Shown here one piece after another: positions 12,867 to 25,485 of a DNA stretch of 64,000 bases. Every line of letters begins with the position of its first letter. Positions within the stretch are counted from its first letter, which is position 1. The notes under the pieces are model-generated. The model made no database searches. It had not been told where the DNA came from and worked only from the letters and a program-made list of their open reading frames with translations. This stretch comes from Mobula hypostoma (lineage: Eukaryota), in contig NC_086109.1 of NCBI RefSeq assembly GCF_963921235.1, positions 25,422,001-25,486,000 of the forward strand, written 5' to 3'. The translations under genes were made by a program, and so were the position numbers.

Positions 12867-14272
12867 TAGCATATGGATTTAAATTATGAGTAGAGGTTAT
12901 GCAATTTCATTCACTTGAGTTTCAAGATTTCAGGTGTTTAAAATGAGGAAAAAATCTGAAAAGATATGCATTGATATATTTCCTCTTATGAGGAAGTACA
13001 GAGCCAGGTCTTAGATTATGGTGATATCTGAAAGGACTTTTGCAAGCAGCAGATAGTGGACACTAAGCATCCTTTATCCCAGTATGCAGAGGTTTGTGGG
13101 GGTTTATTAGAGTTTTCATAAGTCAGATCAATAAACACTTGAAGGGATAAGAGACAGGGATGTAAAGCCTTAAAACAGCCAGAGGTTTAACATGATCATT
13201 ATTTGCCTTAATAGGGGAGCAGGCCCTCCTCAAAACTGACATTATTGTGAAAGTGATAACAAAAATAATTGAGCATTACTTACAGGTTTCCTTTCATCAC
13301 TAGATTAGCTGGTAGCTTCCCAATTGGACTGCCTTCCATTAAGTGACTCAGCTCTAGATACAAAGTGGAAAACAAATTTAGAAAAATCATTTTTTTGTCA
13401 ACTTTAAATGTTTCAGATAAATCAAGATGATTGCAGTTGGGTTCAGCAGTGTGGTGAATACTAATTTCCCAAATGCCCTGTCACCTACACATACTCAGAG
13501 TGGATGGTCTAGATTAATAAACAGGTTCTTTTTCAAAAACAAAAGTTTGCATTTCTTCTCAGCTATACACACTGGGAAGATCTGTCCTCCCCTTGATTTA
13601 GTAAAACACTGGAAAGAAAGCTTCAAAAATAATCAGAAGATGAATGTATAAACTGAGAACAGCTGGCAGGAGATCTGCCAATTCATAGTAGAATCATACA
13701 TTGTAATCCACATCAGTGACTGAGAGGTCAGTGACTATCATACCCATCACCAATCATTCCATACATGATTCCTATCTCTGAAAGACCTTTAGATTATAAT
13801 TGTAGGTAGTTCAACTATGGGCTCCCCTCATAGGAAATAGACACATTCATCTTCTATTGTATTCACTCAGATGAAAATGGTGGCTGACAGAATGTGGCAA
13901 TCGGACCTTAAAACTGTAAGGAAACTGGAGGGTTGGAAATGAGCTGGATATTGCATTTTAGTCGAAATGCTGTGACAGAGTCCACTGTGTTGTAAATGGT
14001 AGTGGGATATCGGAAAAATCTTAGATATTGGGATGAAGTGGGATATTGGATTGGTGTCTTAATATTGAGAAGGCATCCAGAAAATTTGATAGACAGTGGG
14101 ATAATAAGACTCCATATACAAATATGGAGACTGGAGACTGAAGGCTTGTCCTGGGGTTAGAGGACTAACCATGTAGGTGGGTGGGAGGGAAGAAAGTTGT
14201 TATTTTGTTGCCTGTTGTGTTCTGTGTTGCTCTGGCGAGCATTGTGGGCATGTTACGTTGGTGCCGGAAACA

Positions 14273-15340
14273 TTGGCTTCCCCACACAAGGCAAAGAGTG
14301 GTTGTAGATGGGTCATATTCTGCATGGAGACCAGTGGTGTGCCTCAGGGATCTGTTCTGGGACTCCCTACTCTCCGTGATGTTTATAAACGACCTGGATG
14401 AAGAAGTGGAGGAATGGGTTAGTAAATTTGCCGATGACACAAAGGTTAGGGGTGTTGTGGATAGTGTGGAGGGCTGTCAGAGGTTACAGCAGGATATTGA
14501 TAGGATGCAAAACTGGGCTGAGAAGTGACAGATAGAGTTCAACCCAGATAAGTGTGAGGTGGTTCATTTTGGTAGGTCAAATATGATTGCAGAATATAGT
14601 ATTAATGGTAAGACTCTTGGCAGTGTGGAGGATCAGAGGGACCTTGGGGTCCGAGTCCATAGAACACTCAATACTGCTGCACAGGTTGACTCTGTGGTTA
14701 AGAAGGCATACGGTGCATTGGCCTTCATCAATCGTGGGATTGAGTTTAGGAGCAGAGAGGTAATGCTACAGATAAATACTGGACCCTGGTCAGACCCCGC
14801 TTGGAGAACTGTGCTCAGTTCTGGTCACCTCACTACAGGAAGGATGTAGAAGCCATAGAAAGGGTGCAGAGGAAATTCACAAGGATGTTGCCTGGATTGG
14901 GGAGCATGCCTAATGAGAATAGGCTGAGTGAACTCGGCCTTTTCTTCTTGGAGCAATGGAGGATGAGAGGTGACCTGATAGAGGTGTATAAGATGATAAG
15001 AGGCATTGATTGTGTGGATAGTCAGAGGCTTTTTCCCAGGGCTGAAATGGGTAGCATGAGAGGGCACCGTTTTAAGGTGCTTGGAAGTAGGTACAGAGGA
15101 GATGTCAAGGGTACGTTTTTTTTAAACGCATAGAGTGGTGAGTTCATGGAATGGGCTGCTGGCGATGCTGGTGGAGGCGGATACAATAGGGTCTTTTAAG
15201 AGACTCCTGGATAGGTACATGGAGCTCAGAAAAATCGAGGGCTATGGGTAACCCTAGGTAATTTCTATGTTAAGGACTTGTTCGGCACGGAATTGTGGGC
15301 TGAAGGGCCTGTATTGTGCTGTAGGATTTCTATGTTTCTA
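14273..15340 (+). mobile_element. CR1 LINE 3' part (RT)
   Basis: [18 protein letters not shown] and RGDLIEVYK motifs; TTCTATGTTTCTA tail. Confidence 0.9.
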
Positions 15341-16207
15341 TAATAATGGGATAATGGAAAAGGGCTGAAATAATAGAACAGTCATGAATAGCTGATACTG
15401 ATGAGAACCACAGAGATTGTGGAAGGATCCAGGATATTGGAAAGTGAGACATTGGGATTGTGGAACAAATTGGGATGAGGTCATGAAGGAACCTTGTAAA
15501 ATGTTCACCTTACAAACAAGAAGTGTGGCAGAATTAACATGGTTTTCAGATGCAGAATTGACAATGAATATCGATAAGAAGTGATGGCATTGTTGGTGAC
15601 CGTTTGCTGGTTAATGAACATGTTATCCATGTTCTGAAGAATTTTCTGATCAGCGATATGTTCCAGGGGTGCATGGTAACAAAGTGGTCACTGTCTGGAG
15701 AGAGAGGTCACTATGTCCTTGTTTTCACACAATTTAGTCAGCTCAACGATGAGAATAACTAAGAGGGACATTCAAGGTTCACTTAATGAGTTATTGATTG
15801 CAAATAACAGAAAAAAGATTGGATGGAAAAAGCCTGATAGAAGGCAGTTACATTAAGGTGACCATTAGATTTGTGAAACTTTTGTAATCAACATCAGTAA
15901 TAATCAGGTCGGAAAACCTGATCTGTTGAGAAAGAGCCAGAGGCAACAGTTTTCCAGATTGAGAGCAAATTTATTTGGCTTATTCTTGTGAGCCTCTCCA
16001 GGATTTACTATGGAGTCTGACTGAGTTGATAAGGGAGCTTTTGGTGTTGCTCCTAGCACTACAACAATGCTTAATGATGATCAGTGCTTGGACTATGGTA
16101 GAAAGTGAGCTGATCATCCTGGAAACCTTTTGTGAAGGCCAACTTAAGGTGTAGAATGTTGGTCCTCCAAAATGCCCCTCATTTCATCCATTCTACTTTT
16201 GTAAAAC

Positions 16208-16406
16208 CTCCACGACCTGGATCAACACGTTGACGCTGTGTGGAGGCTTGCGTGCTTCAAGGGCACCACCAGGCGATGCCAGCTCAGGGCCACCCATGTT
16301 GGAACGACTGTGGACAAGATGCTAGACAAAGATTAATCCAACCCCGGCTGCCCCGAACGGGCCACACTTCAATGAGAAGGGTGAATGCCCTACGAAACTA
16401 CAACAG
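16208..16406 (+). mobile_element. Short RTE-derived non-autonomous element
   Basis: 12-bp TSD CTTTTGTAAAAC (16196-16207 and 16407-16418). GGCTTGCGTGCTTCAA...CAGGGCCACCCA resembles the RTE/BovB 5' UTR. Confidence 0.7.
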
Positions 16407-17877
16407 CTTTTGTAAAACAAACACACTCAGTTGCAGTTAATGTCCAGAGCAAGCTGTTGTTACTTGTATTGATACCAGTTCCTCTGGCATGTGGTTTCAG
16501 TGCTTCATTTGTCTGGTAAAATGGGAATAACATGACATGGCTTTGAGGAACAGACTCATCTGAGGTACAAGGGATATTCTCACTCAGCACAAGCTCCGTC
16601 CCGCAGTAACTCCATCATAACGCGGACCCTGCGTTTCAGTCGCATTTTCCTACACAGTAGGTCGGTTATGGCAGAGATCTTGGCTTTTTGTTATGGTACC
16701 AGCAGAGTTAGCCATGCCTGCTGCGGTCAGAATTTCCAACGATCCTCCCCATTGATCACTTTATCTGAGAATCAACTCAGTTTGTCAATAAATCCTGACA
16801 CTAAATCGCTTCACACTTTCTAGGATAGACCCCATCTCAAGCATTTTGCCCTTTCATAGATTTTAGCTTCATAATTGCTTTTCAACACCAATCCCACTCC
16901 TTTGTCACATTATCCCAGCGTAAACTCCATTGTTCTGGGTTACAAATGGCCCTTTAATCATACTGTCCCCTCAAGCATGAATCTCTCTCGGAGAAGGCCC
17001 AATCTCTTCAATCATATATCCCACAAAAGACCCTTCCTCCTAATCCCAACAGAAATTCTGTTTCTCAGCTATACTCTTTCAGGACAAGCCCTGCCTTACT
17101 GGTCCAGTAAAGATCTTGCTACTTAATCGTTCTGTCACAACGCAGGTCCTTTCAATTAGTCTCACTTCCAGGACCTCTGTTGCCCGCGATCTATATTCCC
17201 AGTCACACTGGTCCAGCAAAGGTCCTGCCCCCACCCCCAGAATTATTGTCCCTACACTAATCTCATTGCAAGTCCAACAGCAAACTCACATGGCCTGGCA
17301 AAACTATTTTCTCCTCCATCGATTTTTAGATATGAAGGGAATCTAGATGCTGCAGCCCTGAGCTTGTTGGATGGCAAAGGAGGAACAAGGTGCTGGAAGA
17401 TTTAGTAGAACTTCTATTTCATAAGTACTTACGATCACATCCATAAAGTTTGCAGGAGAAGACACAGAAGAGTCACAGTAACTGATAAAGATTAAGAAGT
17501 AATTTCAACACTATTGTTAAAATTAATGAATACTGACTGAAGTTATAATTAATGAGCATCAAAGTTCAGAATTAACCTCTTGGCAGATATTCTGATCCCA
17601 GTCCATGCTTCTCAATATTCTTTCCTTCTCCTGAACAATGTAAGAGTACAATGAATGAAGCTGGTTAAACTTAAAGAGGAATAGTTCCAAAAGGCACCAA
17701 CCTTCCCTGAAGGTCTTGACCTGACCTGAGGTACAGTTTCTGAAGATGCTGGCTTTCCCTACGGACCAGTTTCTAAATAAAAATGTGAACTACCTCACAC
17801 TGACTTGGAGGAGCATCGTGTCACATATGCCCAGCAACTAGCTTGTGGGACCTCTTTGTCAGAAGCTAAAATATGTA

Positions 17878-18376
17878 CATGTTCGTCCATCGTCGACGTC
17901 GATGAGGACCTCAACACCATTTGATGGTGTCAAGACTAGCGCGTGATTTGGATTTAAGTGAGGGAGAGTTGCGCAGCATCAGCCTCACTCTCTCTTCCCA
18001 GTTCCCATCTGGATCCAGTGGCAAGACAGAGTCGAGACCAGGACGTCTTCTGTGTCTTGTCCTGCTCTACATGTTCCACGATGCTTATGTTGCATCCTTT
18101 TCAAGGCGGTTAGTCCTCCTTTGGTCCCCACCTGATACTCAGCTCTCACTTCTGGCTCCCCGTAGCTGTTTGCATGCGACAGCGGCCACACCGGGGGCAA
18201 CGGCTTCAACAAGCCAGCTAAACCAGGTGAGGGTAGCTGACGGTCTCAAACCCTCGGTGAGATAGGGAGTTGTCTATCCCAGCATGTGAAGACAGACTCC
18301 GGCGGATTGAGCGGACGAGACCAATGGAAGGTCCAACGGTCAAGAAGGTGGTCTCTGCAAGCGTCGTGAAACGTGC
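17878..18376 (-). mobile_element. RTE-derived non-autonomous element with 5' inversion
   Basis: 10-bp TSD AAAATATGTA (17868-17877 and 18377-18386). RTE-like 3' end ...GATGGACGAAC on the minus strand; 18087-18376 is inverted. Confidence 0.75.
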
Positions 18377-18804
18377 AAAATATGTAACAACCATATCAAA
18401 ATGTCTACATGAGAAAGATTTTGCAATAAATGTCACTCTTCTGGATACCTTAGAGTCCCTCCACAATCTACACAGAACAAGGCAAGGGTAAAATGAAGCA
18501 TGTATCTGATTTGTGTGAAGGAACAGCAGGCAAACAGAATGAAGAAAACTGCTCGTTGACATAACTGATCAATACTCAATACTAGGCTGAAAAGAGCATC
18601 CAAACCCACCACCTCTGAATTCAGCACGTAGCACAACTTCACTAAACTTATTGCCCATTTTCTCCCTTGCTGGATTTTAAATCTAAGCAGTCGCTCGAAG
18701 GATTTGAAGGTTTTCATAGATTTTTCAAATATTGGCTTTATTCCTCTTGTGCAGGTGAAAGAGTGCTTCTGACGCCAGCATAGCATTCTCACAACTTACT
18801 AACC

Positions 18805-18950
18805 CACACGTCTTTGGAATGTGGGAGGGAACCAGGGTGCCTGGAACAAACCCAAGCGGTCACGGGGAGAACATACAAACTTACCGACAGCTGTGGGCAT
18901 TGAACTCCAATTGCTGGTTCTGTAAAGCATTACACGAGCCACTATAGTAC
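18805..18950 (-). mobile_element. V-SINE fragment
   Basis: Reverse-complemented V-domain TGTGGGAGGAAACCAGGG. Confidence 0.65.
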
Positions 18951-19189
18951 CATATGTACAATGGCAGCACATCCCAACTAGCAGAATCTTTTTGAATTTT
19001 CAATACTGGGTGTCCAGACCTATTGTACAAAGTGCAGTTATTATCAAATTACGTATGCAGTATACAACCCTGAGATTCGTCTTTCCACAGACAGCCACAA
19101 AACGAAGAAAACCAAAACAAAAGAGTCCGTTCCAAAAGCCTCTGAATACTATTTACAGGCACCCAAAATACATTCATTTGGTTATAGTG

Positions 19190-20945
19190 TTTTTTAATTA
19201 ATTTTTTTATGAGTTACTACGATACAACAAAAAAAATCCCACAAGCAAAAGAAGAGATTTATACAGTGCAAAACAAACATGTCTAATATATAATTCATAA
19301 CGGTGAAGAAAAAGCACCCAAAATAAAATCATATAAAGTTAGTATCCTCCCCACCCTCCCACTACACAACTCCAAGCCAACCATTTCGACGTAAAGAAAA
19401 GTTAAACAGAGCTTTTGTCACCACAGAGCTGTAAATATAAAAAAGTACATTGCCTACTGTCTAAACTGTAATATATTTCACATGAAAAAAACCATAAAAC
19501 TTAACCAGAAAGGAAAAAGCTGAAAGTGAGGGAATAAAATACAAAAAAAGCAGGATAAAGCTTTAATCTAAAGAGGAATGATAGAAATACTCAAGAAAAG
19601 GTCCTCACATCTTATGGAACTTTATGTCCGAATTAATAAGTGAATAATGAATCTTTTCAAGGTCTAAGCAGGACATAATGTCTCCAAGCCATTGAGCATG
19701 ATTGGGTGGGGCAACATCTCTCCACCTCAGAAGAACTAAACGTCTAGCCAAAAGAGAGGCAAAAGATAATGTTCGACATTTAGTCGGACTCAAATGCATG
19801 TCAACTTCACCCGAGGTGCCAAAAAGAGCAATCAAAGGGTTAGGTTCTAAGTGGCATTTAAAAACATGGGATAAAATTAAAAAGGCTTCTCTCCAAAATT
19901 TCTCCAAACTAGGACAAGCCCAATACATATGGATAAGAGAAGCCTTGCCCCCTTTACACTTGTCACAAAAAGGACTAATATCAGGATAGAACCGCGATAA
20001 TTTAGTTTTAGACATATGAGCCCTATGTATAACCTTGAACTACAAAAGACAGTGGCGAGTGCGTAAAGAGGTTGAGTTAACTGACTTCAGAATTGAATCC
20101 CAAACCTCGTCGGACAGAGGAATAGTTAATTCATGTTCCCAAGCAGTTCTAATTTTATCAAAGGTGGCACGCCTCAAGGTCGCTAACTTATCGCGAATAG
20201 TAGATATTAAACCTTTACCCAATGGATTTATACAAAGAAAGAAGTCCACAACATTTTTTACCAGCATCTCAGAAAAGTTTGGTATTAAAGGGTAAATAAA
20301 ATATCTAATTTGAAGATATCTAAAAAATGAGTATTAGGTAGGTTAAACTTTGCAGACAGTTGTTCAAAAGTTGCAGAATGATTATCTATGAGAAGATCTT
20401 CAAAGTGCCTTACACCCTTTCTGTACCAGACATGAAATGTTAAGTCTCGCATAGAAGGTCAGAAAAGATAGTTACGTAAAATAGGACTAGAGAGAGAGAA
20501 ACCATGAAGACCATCATATTTTCTGAACTGAGCCCATATTCTCAGACAACACACATAAAAAATGCTGGTGAACGCAGCAGGCCGGGCAGCATCTATAGGA
20601 AGAGGTACAGTCGATGTTTCGGGCCAAGACCCTTTATCAGGTCATTCACCAGCATTTTTTATATGTGTTGCTTGAATTTCCAGCATCTGCAGATTCCCTC
20701 GTGTTTCCATATTCTCAGAGTATGTCTAATGAGAGGATTAACCATTAGTTTAGGTAAATGACAAGGAAATGCAGATTCAAGAAGTGCGGAAATGGAGAAA
20801 TCCTTATCAGAGTTCAACTCCATTGCCACCCATTTTGGGCAGTCAGACTGTTTATAAAAGAAAGACCAAAAAGTAAGACAACGTATATTGGCTGCCCAGT
20901 AATATAAGCGAAAATTAGGCAAGGCTATGCCACCTTCCCTGGTTA
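19190..20945 (-). mobile_element. L1 LINE ORF2 3' part with 3' UTR and poly(A)
   Basis: GGIALPNFRLYYWAANIR and zf-RVT CDKCKGGKASLIHMYWACP motifs; T-rich end on the plus strand near 19190. Confidence 0.9.
20547..20706. mobile_element. Mini Penelope-like terminal-repeat insertion (inverted ends, degenerate hammerhead) inside L1
   Basis: 13-bp TSD CCATATTCTCAGA (20534-20546 and 20707-20719). The L1 frame LRIW|AQFRK rejoins across it. Minus strand reads CTGATAAAGGGTCTTGGCCCGAAACATCGACT. Confidence 0.85.
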
Positions 20946-21394
20946 TAGTGTTTAAGGGTGACATATGAATATACAGCTTACTTACCAGACAGCTAGACAA
21001 ACAGGTCTGTCCTGAACTTTGCCTAAGGTGACAGGAATACACCTTTAACGATCTGCTAATAGCAGGAACATTCATCTATTGTCATTCCTGATGTAGCTTC
21101 ACTTGGAAGTTAAATTGTGTCCCCAAAGACTGGTTCTCATTTTTCATTAAGTCACAGCTCTGCTGTCCATACTTTCATAACTTCAGAATGATCCCTAACA
21201 TATTAGAAACTCTTTGAAACCCACTCTTCCATCCCCGATCCAATACCTGATCTCTCCATCGGGTTTTATTATCCACAGAAATCTGTCACTGCCTTCCATA
21301 CCCAACTCTTCCATCACTGAATCTATTACACACCAACTACCAGATTGGATGCCACCCCCTCTATCAATGGACTGAAACGTTGAGCTAAAGATAG

Positions 21395-21680
21395 GAATTA
21401 GCTTTATTTGTCACACATAAATCAAAACATACAGTGAAATGTATCATTGGCACCAAGCCAAATTAGTGAGGAAGGTGCTGGGCAGCTGACAAATGTTGGC
21501 ACGCTTCTGGCGCCAAAATAGCATATGCACAGTTCAATAACCATAACCTGTACGCCTTTGGAATTTGGGAGAAATCCAGAGCAACTGCAGGAATCCCAAC
21601 AGTCACGGGGAGAATGTACAAACACTAAACTTCCAGCTGGCTGTGTGAAGCATTGAGTTAACCGCTATACTACTGTGGCC
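21395..21680 (-). mobile_element. V-SINE
   Basis: Reverse V-domain and AATAAAGCT tail. Confidence 0.6.
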
Positions 21681-21738
21681 CCCATTTGCTTTGCACATTC
21701 CAACATGACTTTTGACACAATACACCCAGGGTTGGTCA

Positions 21739-22207
21739 GCAGGTTGGGTAGCATCCATGGAAATGAACAGTCCGCAGGTTGGGCCGAGTCCCTTCGTCAG
21801 GACTGAAGAGGGAGGGGACAGGGGCCCTATAAAGAAGGTGGCGGGGGGATGGGAAGGAGAAGGCTGGTAGGTGCCAGGTGAAAAACCAGTCAGGGGAAAG
21901 ATCAAGGGGTGGGGGAGGGGAAGCAGGGAGGGGATAGGCAGGAAAGGTGAAGAAGGAATAGGGGAAAACACAATGGGTAGTAGAAGGAGGTGGAACCATG
22001 AGAGAGGTGACTAGCAGCTGGAGGAGGGGGAAGAGTGAAACTGGGATGGGGGAAGGGAGGGAGAGGGAATTACCCGAAGTTAGAGAATTCAGTGTTCATG
22101 CCAAGGGGCTGGAGACTACCCAGACGGATGCTGCCCGGCCTGCTGAGTTCTTTCAGCATGTTGTGCATGTTGCTTTGACCCCAGCATCTGCAGAGTATTT
22201 TGTGTTT
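21739..22207 (-). mobile_element. Penelope-like 3' fragment with inverted terminal piece
   Basis: Minus strand encodes RLGSLQPLGMNTEFSNF, then a pyrimidine-rich UTR and CTGACGAAGGGACTCGGCCC. Degenerate TSD ACCCAGRGTTGRTCA. Confidence 0.8.
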
Positions 22208-22546
22208 ACCCAGAGTTGATCATAATGCCCAGGAAACTTTAATCCTCTTGTCTATTTCATCTTCCAAAGTCAAACCTCTCAGCAAATAGATTCTATACCA
22301 AACACTTTCTACGAATAGTTTGAATATAAATCTTCCCATCACAAGCTACAACACTTATCTCTTCCTTCACTGGACACACTCTCAAGCATTTCCTTCATTG
22401 GATTCAAAACCAATACCATTCTGTACTGCACTGATTATTCATAGTTTTTCATGTTGGTCTACTGTGCCTATGGTATATACCATCCAGATGTTAAATTATA
22501 GAAACTCAGGTATCAAAGTTCACCTTCTCGCAGTTAAACATGAGCA

Positions 22547-23360
22547 CTGATGAGGCTGAGTACAGGGCTACGGTAGGAAACTTTGTCACATGGTGTGAGC
22601 AGAATTATCTGCAGCTTAATGTGAAAAAGACTAAGGAGCTGAGGAGGGCTAAGGCACCAGTGACCCCTGTTTCCATCCAGGGGGTCAGTGTGGACATGGT
22701 GGAGGATTACAAATACCAGGGGATACGAATTGACAATAAACTGGACTGGTCAAAGAACACTGAGGCTGTCTACAAGAAGGGTCAGAGCCATCTCTATTTC
22801 CTGAGGAGACTGAGGTCCTTTAACATCTGCCGGACGATGCTGAGGATGTTCTACGAGTCTGTGGTGGCCAGTGTTGTCATGTTTGCTGTTGTGTGCTGGG
22901 GGTAGCAGACACCAACAGAATCAACAAACTCATTCGTAAGGCCAGTGATGTTGTGGGGATGGAACTGGACTCTCTCACGGTGGTGTCTGAAAAGAGGATG
23001 TTGTCTAAGTTGCATGCCATCTTGGTCAATGTCTCCCATCCACTACATAATGTACTGGGTGGGCACAGGAGTACGTTCAGCCAGAGACTCATTCCACCGA
23101 GATGCAGCACGGAGCGTCATTGGAAGTCATTCCTGCCTGTGGCCATCAAACTTTACAACTCCTCCCTTGGAGGGTCAGACACCCTGAGCCAATAGGCTGG
23201 TCCTGGACTTATTTCCTGGCATAATTTACATATTACTATATAATTATTTATGGTTTTATATTGATATATTTATACTCTATTCTTGGTTGGGGCAACTGTA
23301 ACAAAAATCAATTTCCCTCGGGATCAATAAAGTATGACTATGACTACGACTATGACTATG
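22547..23360 (+). mobile_element. Rex1 LINE 3' fragment
   Basis: WCEQNYLQLNVKKTKE and LYFLRRLRSF motifs; GGGATCAATAAAG(TATGAC)n tail. Confidence 0.9.
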
Positions 23361-23594
23361 AAACACTGTCATCTCGTGGATCCTTCCTCTCTCTCATTCT
23401 GATGGTACCTCAGCCATTACTTCATCCTCACTGGTGCAAGATTTTGGAACTTACCCATGACCAGGGAAACTTTTGTCTGTCTAAAACATTTCATGGTACA
23501 GACTCCCATCATCTTCAGAGCATCTGGGAATGACCGATAGATATTCCTCTTGCCTGCCTTCCCTGATCCCGAAAAGGAATTAGGGATAACTTAG

Positions 23595-23786
23595 AAACAC
23601 AAACGATTCTGCTGATACTGGAAATCCAGAGCAATACACAGAAAATATTGGAGGAACTCAACAGGTCAGGCAGCATCTATGGAGAGGGTTAAACAATGAT
23701 GTTGGATCTTGGCCCAAAATATCAATCCTTCATTGACGTTACCTGACCAGTTGAGTTTCGACAACATTTTGCATGTATTGCTTGAA
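23595..23786. mobile_element. Old inverted-repeat Penelope terminal-repeat insertion
   Basis: GAGGAACTCAACAGGTCAGG pairs with CCTGACCAGTTGAGTTTC as an inverted repeat; TSD GATAACTTA. Confidence 0.7.
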
Positions 23787-23814
23787 GATAACTTATTTAT
23801 ATATACAGTATGGG

Positions 23815-24030
23815 GACGACACAATAGCATAGCAGCTTGCTAGTGCCAGCAGCCTGGCTTCATTTCCCGCTGCTGTCTGTAAGGAGTATGTTCTCCCCAT
23901 GATCGTGTGGGTTTCCTCCACGTGCTCTGGTTTCCTCCCACAGTCCAACGACATAGCTTAATTGGTCATATGGGTGTAAATGGGCAGCATGGGCTCATTG
24001 GGCTGGAAGGACCTGTAATGTGCTGTTGGT
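23815..24030 (+). mobile_element. V-SINE
   Basis: GGGTTTCCTCCACGTGCTCTGGTTTCCTCCCACAGTCC V-domain. Confidence 0.75.
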
Positions 24031-24147
24031 CAAAGAAAATGGAAAATTATTCGCAACAGCACAAGAACAGGAATAAGGGATAATTGAACTTCACCAGAAA
24101 CACAGGGGACTGACCAGAGATTAGAGACCCACTAAAATAGATTCAAG

Positions 24148-25485
24148 CAACACACCTCAAAGTTGCTGGTGAACGCAGCAGGCCAGGCAGCATCTCTAGG
24201 AAAAGGTACAGTCGACGTTTCAGGCCGAGACCCTTCGTCAGGACTAACTGAAGGAAGAGTTAGTAAGAGATTTGAAAGTGGGAGGGGGAGGGGGAGATCC
24301 AAAATGATAGGAGAAGACAGGAGGGGGAGGGATGCAGCCAAGAGCTGGACAGGTGATTGGCAAAAGGGATATGAGTGGATCATGGGACAGGAGGTCCGGG
24401 GAGAAAGACAAGTGGGGGGGAACCCAGAGGTTGGGCAAGGGGTATAGTCAGAGGGACAGAGGGAGAAAAAGGAGAGTGAGAGAAAGAATGTGTGTATAAA
24501 AATAAGTAACGGATGGGGTACGAGGGGGAGGTGGGGCATTAGCGGAAGTTAGAGAAGTCAATGTTCATGCCATCAGGTTGGAGGCTACCCAGATGGAATA
24601 TAAGGTGTTGTTCCTCCAACCTGAGTGTGGCTTCATCTTTACAGTAGAGGAGGCCGTGGATAGACATATCAGAATGGGAATGGGATGTGGAATTAAAATG
24701 TGTGGCCACTGGGAGATCCTGCTTTCTCTGGTGGACAGAGCGTAGGTGTTCAGCAAAGTGGTCTCCCAGTCTGCGTCGGGTCTCGCCAATATATAGAAGG
24801 CCTCATCGGGAGCACCGAGCGCAGTATATCACCCCAGCCGACTCACAGGGGAAGTGTCGCCTCACCTGGAAGGACTGTCTGGAGCCCTGAATGGTGGTAA
24901 GGGAGGAAGTGTAAGGGCATGTGTAGCACTTGTTCCGCTTACAAGGATAAGTGCCAGGAGGGAGATCAGTGGGGTGGGATGGGGGGGACGAATGGATAAA
25001 GGAGTCGCGTAGGGAGCGATCCCTGCGGAAAGTGGGGGGGGGTGGGAAAGATGTGCTTAGTGGTGAGATCCCGTTGGAGGTGGCGGAAGTTACGGAGAAT
25101 AATATGTTGGACCTGGAGGCTGGTGGGGTGGTAGGTGAGGACCAGGGGAACCCTATTCCTAGTGGGGTGGCGGGAGGATGGAGTGAGAGCAGATGTGCGT
25201 GAAATGGGGGAGATGCGTTTGAGAGCAGAGTTGATGGTGGAGGAACGGGAGCCCCTTTCTTTAAAAAAGGAGGACATCTCCCTCGTCCTGGAATGAAAAG
25301 CCTCATCCTGAGAGCAGATGCGGCAGAGACGGAGGAATTGCAAGAAGGGGATGGCATTTTTGCAAGAGACAGGGTGAGAAGAGGAATAGTCCAGATAGCT
25401 GTGAGAGTCAGTAGGCTTATAGTAGACATCAGTGGATAAGCTGTCTCCAGAGACAGAGACAGCAGAATTCCTGTTGTTTGCGTTT
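24148..25485 (-). mobile_element. Neptune-like Penelope element (RT C-terminus plus GIY-YIG, disrupted) with terminal repeat
   Basis: FLRLCRICS, CKRNKCYTC and GVIYCARC motifs; stop at ~24539; 15-bp TSD TAAAATAGATTCAAG (24133-24147 and 25486-25500). Confidence 0.92.
24210..24245 (-). ncRNA. Minimal type I hammerhead ribozyme, intact core
   Basis: Minus strand AGTC CTGACGA AGGGTCTCGGCCT GAAA C GTC GACT; stem I AGTC/GACT; palindromic ACGT at helix III. Confidence 0.85.

Noticed and set aside
18129..18230. Possible HDV-like ribozyme in the RTE-derived element (GGGCAA-hairpin-GCTAA, CACCTG/CAGGTG pairing)
   Set aside because: I could not place P1, P3 or the L3 CC needed for the nested pseudoknot; a descriptor search on the family consensus would be needed.
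24132..24539. Recurrent Pro/Leu/Ser-rich ORFs ending SPDEGSRPETST (also at 31046)
   Set aside because: These are translations of the Penelope UTR and hammerhead; the conservation is at RNA level.
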